From an uncultured delta proteobacterium (GTDB lineage: Bacteria; Desulfobacterota; Desulfobacteria; Desulfobacterales; Desulfatirhabdiaceae), in the NCBI GenBank assembly GCA_963789395.1, contig CAWBKP010000012.1:192001-256000 (forward strand): 64,000 nucleotides of DNA, in the 5' to 3' direction. A program made the position numbers and the translations under genes. Shown here in pieces: positions 60,343 through 64,000 of this stretch (positions are counted from its first letter, which is position 1; the number at the start of each line of letters is the position of its first letter). The notes below the pieces were generated by a model, which worked only from the letters and a program-made list of their open reading frames with translations, was not told the origin of the DNA and did not search any database.

Positions 60343-61047
60343 TTAGTGTATCCCCAGGAAAACCTCAGCAAACCGTGAATCTTCGCGGGCCGCTGCGGCC
60401 TTACCCTGCCAGACGGTCCTGCCGGATTCCAGCACGCAGACGTCATCGGCAGCCGAAAGCGCCCGATCCGTGTTCTGTTCCACCAGAAGAATTCCCAGGC
60501 CGTCTTGTTTGAGTCTGTACAGAGATTCATAACACATATCGATCACCTTGGGCATCAGACCCAGAGACAGCTCATCGATCATGATCAGCCGGGGCCTTGC
60601 CATCAAAGCCCGCCCGATGGCAAGCATCTGCTGCTCGCCGCCGGAAAGGTTTCCGGCCGGAAGATCCAATCGCTCGGAAAGCCTTGGAAAAAGCGTGAGC
60701 ACATAGTCCCTGTCCTGGCTGAAACTGTTTTTCGGATGGATCACGCCACCAATCTTCAGGTTTTCCTCTACGGTCAACTCCTTGAAAATGCGTCGGCCTT
60801 CCGGGCATATGGCCAGACCCCGGCGAACCCGCTCGGAGGTCGGCAGCAGCCCGATGTCCTGTTTGTCCATAACGATGCGGCCTTCCAGCAATGATACGTG
60901 CCCGGCAATGCACATCAACAGGGATGATTTCCCGGCACCGTTCGGACCCAGAAGCGCCGTGATCGTTCCGGGCAGAACATCCAGCGAGACGCCTCTTGCC
61001 GCCACAAAAGCGCCGTATCCGCAACTTAGGTTTTCAATCGAGAACAT
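60343..61047 (-). CDS. Branched-chain-type ABC transporter ATPase (LivF-like)
   Basis: GPNGAGKS, PEGRRIF, LSGGEQQM, DELSLGL, VEQN. Confidence 0.9.
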   Translation of the reverse strand: MFSIENLSCGYGAFVAARGVSLDVLPGTITALLGPNGAGKSSLLMCIAGHVSLLEGRIVMDKQDIGLLPTSERVRRGLAICPEGRRIFKELTVEENLKIGGVIHPKNSFSQDRDYVLTLFPRLSERLDLPAGNLSGGEQQMLAIGRALMARPRLIMIDELSLGLMPKVIDMCYESLYRLKQDGLGILLVEQNTDRALSAADDVCVLESGRTVWQGKAAAAREDSRFAEVFLGIH

Positions 61048-61819
61048 ATCGGTGTTTCTCCGCCTGGTCAGCTCCGCCGCCAAGATATGCGGATCTGACG
61101 GATGGATCGTTTATCACGGTCATCGGCTCGCCGTCTGCAATCTTGCAGCCATTGTCCATCACCAGCAGCCTCCGGCTGATACGCAGGATTTCCCCGAGAT
61201 TGTGCTCGATCAGGATGATGGTCAGCCCCTGCTGACAGTTGATATCAGAAATGGTGGATGCCAGCGCAGCTGCTTCCTTGGAGTTCAGACCGGCCAGGGG
61301 TTCGTCCAGCAGCAGAAGCCTGGGGCGCTGGGCAAGTGCCCGGGCCATCTCCAGGCGCTTTAACACCCCGAGAGGCAGAATGGCGGGACTCTGATCCGCG
61401 TACCCGGCAATATCAACGCGCTCCAGCATGGCGCGCGCAATCTTCTGTTCCGCAACCTGAGACAGGTTCAGCAGCGCGCCCATCGGGGACCGCGTTTTGG
61501 CATAGCCCGCAGCCAGAACAACATTATCCAGCACCGAAACCCGCCGGAACGGCTTGACGATCTGCTGCGACAGCGCCAGCCCTTTACGGATTCTTGCATC
61601 GATTGACAGCGCATCCAGGGAGTCTCCCGACAAGGTTATGTTACCGTCGTCCACCCTGACCACGCCGGTAATCGCGCGGAGCATCGTGGTCTTGCCGGCC
61701 CCGTTTGGACCGATCAACCCCAGCAGTTCCCCCTCCTGTACTTCAAAGGTCACATCGTCTATGGCCGTAACACCGCCGAAACGCACCGTAACGCCGGTTA
61801 CATTTAGCAGCGGATTCAT
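61034..61819 (-). CDS. Branched-chain-type ABC transporter ATPase (LivG-like)
   Basis: GPNGAGKTT, LDEPLAGL, IEHN, AYLG. Confidence 0.9.
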   Translation of the reverse strand: MNPLLNVTGVTVRFGGVTAIDDVTFEVQEGELLGLIGPNGAGKTTMLRAITGVVRVDDGNITLSGDSLDALSIDARIRKGLALSQQIVKPFRRVSVLDNVVLAAGYAKTRSPMGALLNLSQVAEQKIARAMLERVDIAGYADQSPAILPLGVLKRLEMARALAQRPRLLLLDEPLAGLNSKEAAALASTISDINCQQGLTIILIEHNLGEILRISRRLLVMDNGCKIADGEPMTVINDPSVRSAYLGGGADQAEKHRYVLD

Positions 61820-62673
61820 CGCTTTTTTTCCCCTTCATCCACCGGTGTCCGGAACCGCCTGGCTAAACCGGCCATTCCCGCCGGACTGAACCGCATCATG
61901 AGAAACAGCAATCCGCCATATACCAAAAGCTTGTAGTCGCCGATGAATTGAAACCAGGATGGCAGAACGCTCAGCAGCGCCGCTGAAATGGCCACCCCCG
62001 TAACCGATCCGATCCCGCCGACAACCACCATGGATAAAACGGTGATCGATTCCACAAAGCCGAAACTGTCCGGACCGATAAATTTGATATGATGGGCGTA
62101 AAGCGCACCGGCCAAGCCTGCCAGGGCTGTCCCGATTGCGAAAGCCGCCAGCTTGTAACGCGGAACATCGATACCCAGAACGCGGGTCGTGTCCTCATCC
62201 TCGGCAATGGCCCCAAAAACCTTGCCCATCCACGATTTTTGCAGATAAAAACTGAACAATGCCGTCGCCGCACAAAGCCCGATCGTCAGAACCATGAAAA
62301 CGGTCTTTGAAAGACCGGAATCGGGAATCGCCGAAACCCCCATTTCCCCGCCAAGAATTTCCTGCTGGCGAACAATGCCCACAAACAGGAATCCAACGCC
62401 CATCGTCGTGATGGCAAGAAAATCCTCCCGAACCCGGAGGCTGGTCAGCCCGACGACTAGACCGATCGCACCGGCCAGCAGCATCGATAGCGGCAAGGTG
62501 AAAAGAAACGGAATGCCGCTTTTTGCGGCCATTGCGGAAAAATAGGCTCCAATCCCGAGATAGGCCGCGTGCCCCAGACTGATTTGTCCGCAGAAGCCGG
62601 TGATCAGGTTCAGCGACAGGGCAAAAAGGACACTGATCCCCATGGAAATGAGCAGTGAGATTTCATATTCCAT
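61816..62673 (-). CDS. Branched-chain-type ABC transporter permease (LivM-like)
   Basis: GFCGQISLGHAA, FLAITT, VVVGGIGS. Confidence 0.9.
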   Translation of the reverse strand: MEYEISLLISMGISVLFALSLNLITGFCGQISLGHAAYLGIGAYFSAMAAKSGIPFLFTLPLSMLLAGAIGLVVGLTSLRVREDFLAITTMGVGFLFVGIVRQQEILGGEMGVSAIPDSGLSKTVFMVLTIGLCAATALFSFYLQKSWMGKVFGAIAEDEDTTRVLGIDVPRYKLAAFAIGTALAGLAGALYAHHIKFIGPDSFGFVESITVLSMVVVGGIGSVTGVAISAALLSVLPSWFQFIGDYKLLVYGGLLFLMMRFSPAGMAGLARRFRTPVDEGEKKR

Positions 62674-62683
62674 TTTAGTTTCC

Positions 62684-63547
62684 TCACTTTCCGGCGAACA
62701 GCCCCTGGGGGCGAAGCATCAAAACAAGTATCAGAAAGGCAAAGGCTATGGCATTCCGGTCAAGGACCCTGCCGAGGTAAATCGTACCGAAAGCCTCGAT
62801 CACGCCCAGGACCAGTGATGCCAGAAGGGTGCCCCTGACGGAACCAAGCCCGCCCAGAACGATAATGGCAAGGGATTTGTACGATGGAACGCTTCCCATG
62901 GTCGGCTCTACCAGATTGTTCATAACCGATACCATCACTCCGGCCAGGCCAGCCAGGGATGAGCCGACAAAAAAGATGAGATACCGCACTTTCTGAAGGG
63001 AAATGCCGAAAGATTCCGCCATTTCTGGATCGGACACCGTTGCCCGGCTGGCAATCCCCATCCGGGTTCGGGTCTGAAGATAGCCAAGCATCGCAATGAT
63101 GGCGGCAGCCCCGATCATCACCGCAATTTCAACCTGCTTGAACCGGAGCGTTCCAAAAAGCATCACCTGGCCCTGCAGCGGCGGAACCAGATAGGTGAGT
63201 CCCGATGCTCCGAAGACAATCCGAAAAATTTCCTCCGCGGCGATGTACAGCCCGATGGAGGCGATCAGGGGAACAAACGGGGGCTGGGAGAGAATCGGCT
63301 GATAGCAGAGTCGGAACAGCGCCATACCCACCAGGCCGGAGATGATCATTGCGCAGGGAATTGCCAGTGCCAGGCTTCCGAAAAAATTGGCCAGTATGCA
63401 TCCGATATAGGCCCCCAGCGTAAAAACCGCCGCATGAGCCACGTGTAGGATTCTCAGCAGCCCATAGACCAGTGTCAGGCCCAGGGCAATCAGGGCATAA
63501 ATGCTTCCCTGAACCAGCCCCTGGGCGATGAGTTCAACGATCAGCAT
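62684..63547 (-). CDS. Branched-chain-type ABC transporter permease (LivH-like)
   Basis: YALIALGLTLVYG, HVAHA, IIVLGGLGS, RPQGLF. Confidence 0.9.
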   Translation of the reverse strand: MLIVELIAQGLVQGSIYALIALGLTLVYGLLRILHVAHAAVFTLGAYIGCILANFFGSLALAIPCAMIISGLVGMALFRLCYQPILSQPPFVPLIASIGLYIAAEEIFRIVFGASGLTYLVPPLQGQVMLFGTLRFKQVEIAVMIGAAAIIAMLGYLQTRTRMGIASRATVSDPEMAESFGISLQKVRYLIFFVGSSLAGLAGVMVSVMNNLVEPTMGSVPSYKSLAIIVLGGLGSVRGTLLASLVLGVIEAFGTIYLGRVLDRNAIAFAFLILVLMLRPQGLFAGK

Positions 63548-63552
63548 GAATG

Positions 63553-64000
63553 CTATTTCTTTGAAGGCGGGGTCAGGATCGCCGCATCCGTAATGACAGC
63601 ATACCGGTGAAACACATTGTCCGTGACGATTTGCACCTGAATGTCTTTCTTGACTTCATGCAAATCGTTAAAGGACAAGGTTCCGATGGGTGTGGTAAAT
63701 GTGCCTCCCGCAATGGCATCCTTTAGCACTTCGCCGCCCTTTCCGCCTGATTTTTTCAGGCCGTCAATCAAAACGCTGGTTGCGGTATATGCCGATGCGG
63801 CAACCATATCCGCCCCGAACCCGGCGGATTTTCGAAATTCGGTTAGAAATGTCTGGGTGACAGGCGACTCCGAATCCCGGTCAAGGGACGTGGTCACCAA
63901 CGTTCCTTCAGCGGCAGGCCCCGCGATCTCGATGAATTTTTCCGAATCATACCCTTCCTGACCGATGATCGGCGCCGTGACGCCACCGGCCCGAAGCTGG
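63553..64000 (-). CDS. Branched-chain-type ABC transporter substrate-binding protein, 5'-partial
   Basis: C-terminal part (AGPAAEG, AYTA, TPIGTLSF) runs off the window edge, upstream of the permease. Confidence 0.8.
   Translation of the reverse strand, partial: QLRAGGVTAPIIGQEGYDSEKFIEIAGPAAEGTLVTTSLDRDSESPVTQTFLTEFRKSAGFGADMVAASAYTATSVLIDGLKKSGGKGGEVLKDAIAGGTFTTPIGTLSFNDLHEVKKDIQVQIVTDNVFHRYAVITDAAILTPPSKK

Overview
Bacterial chromosomal window whose gene content and style suggest an anaerobic Desulfobacterota-like organism (inference). No rRNA, tRNA or CRISPR array was seen. Left to right: (1) a sigma-54 activator with a clear -24/-12 promoter driving an AOR / GMC oxidoreductase / acyl-CoA ligase operon; (2) an orphan IS21-type end; (3) an iorAB-livHMGF-paaK-like operon behind an attenuator-like leader; (4) housekeeping genes (mltB-like, ddl, A-adding-type nucleotidyltransferase, trpS, queH, yggS, maf, uvrB) mixed with gene remnants and an apparently inactive MurI paralog; (5) a second GMC paralog next to a DUF294 nucleotidyltransferase/exonuclease pair; (6) a roughly 16-20 kb histidine-utilisation region. 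The last is the most notable. A folate-dependent hut operon (hutU-ftcD-hutI-cyclodeaminase-hutH) runs directly into a 4Fe-4S protein and a cytoplasmic acetylene-hydratase-like Mo/W-bisPGD enzyme. HutC-type operators also lie in front of a polar amino-acid ABC transporter and a corrinoid reductive activator (ASKHA/DUF4445). This suggests, by inference, an extended regulon for modified histidines. Many genes carry single-base frameshifts, concentrated at 44-60 kb, most likely sequencing/assembly errors. All family calls are from motif recognition by eye, not database searches.
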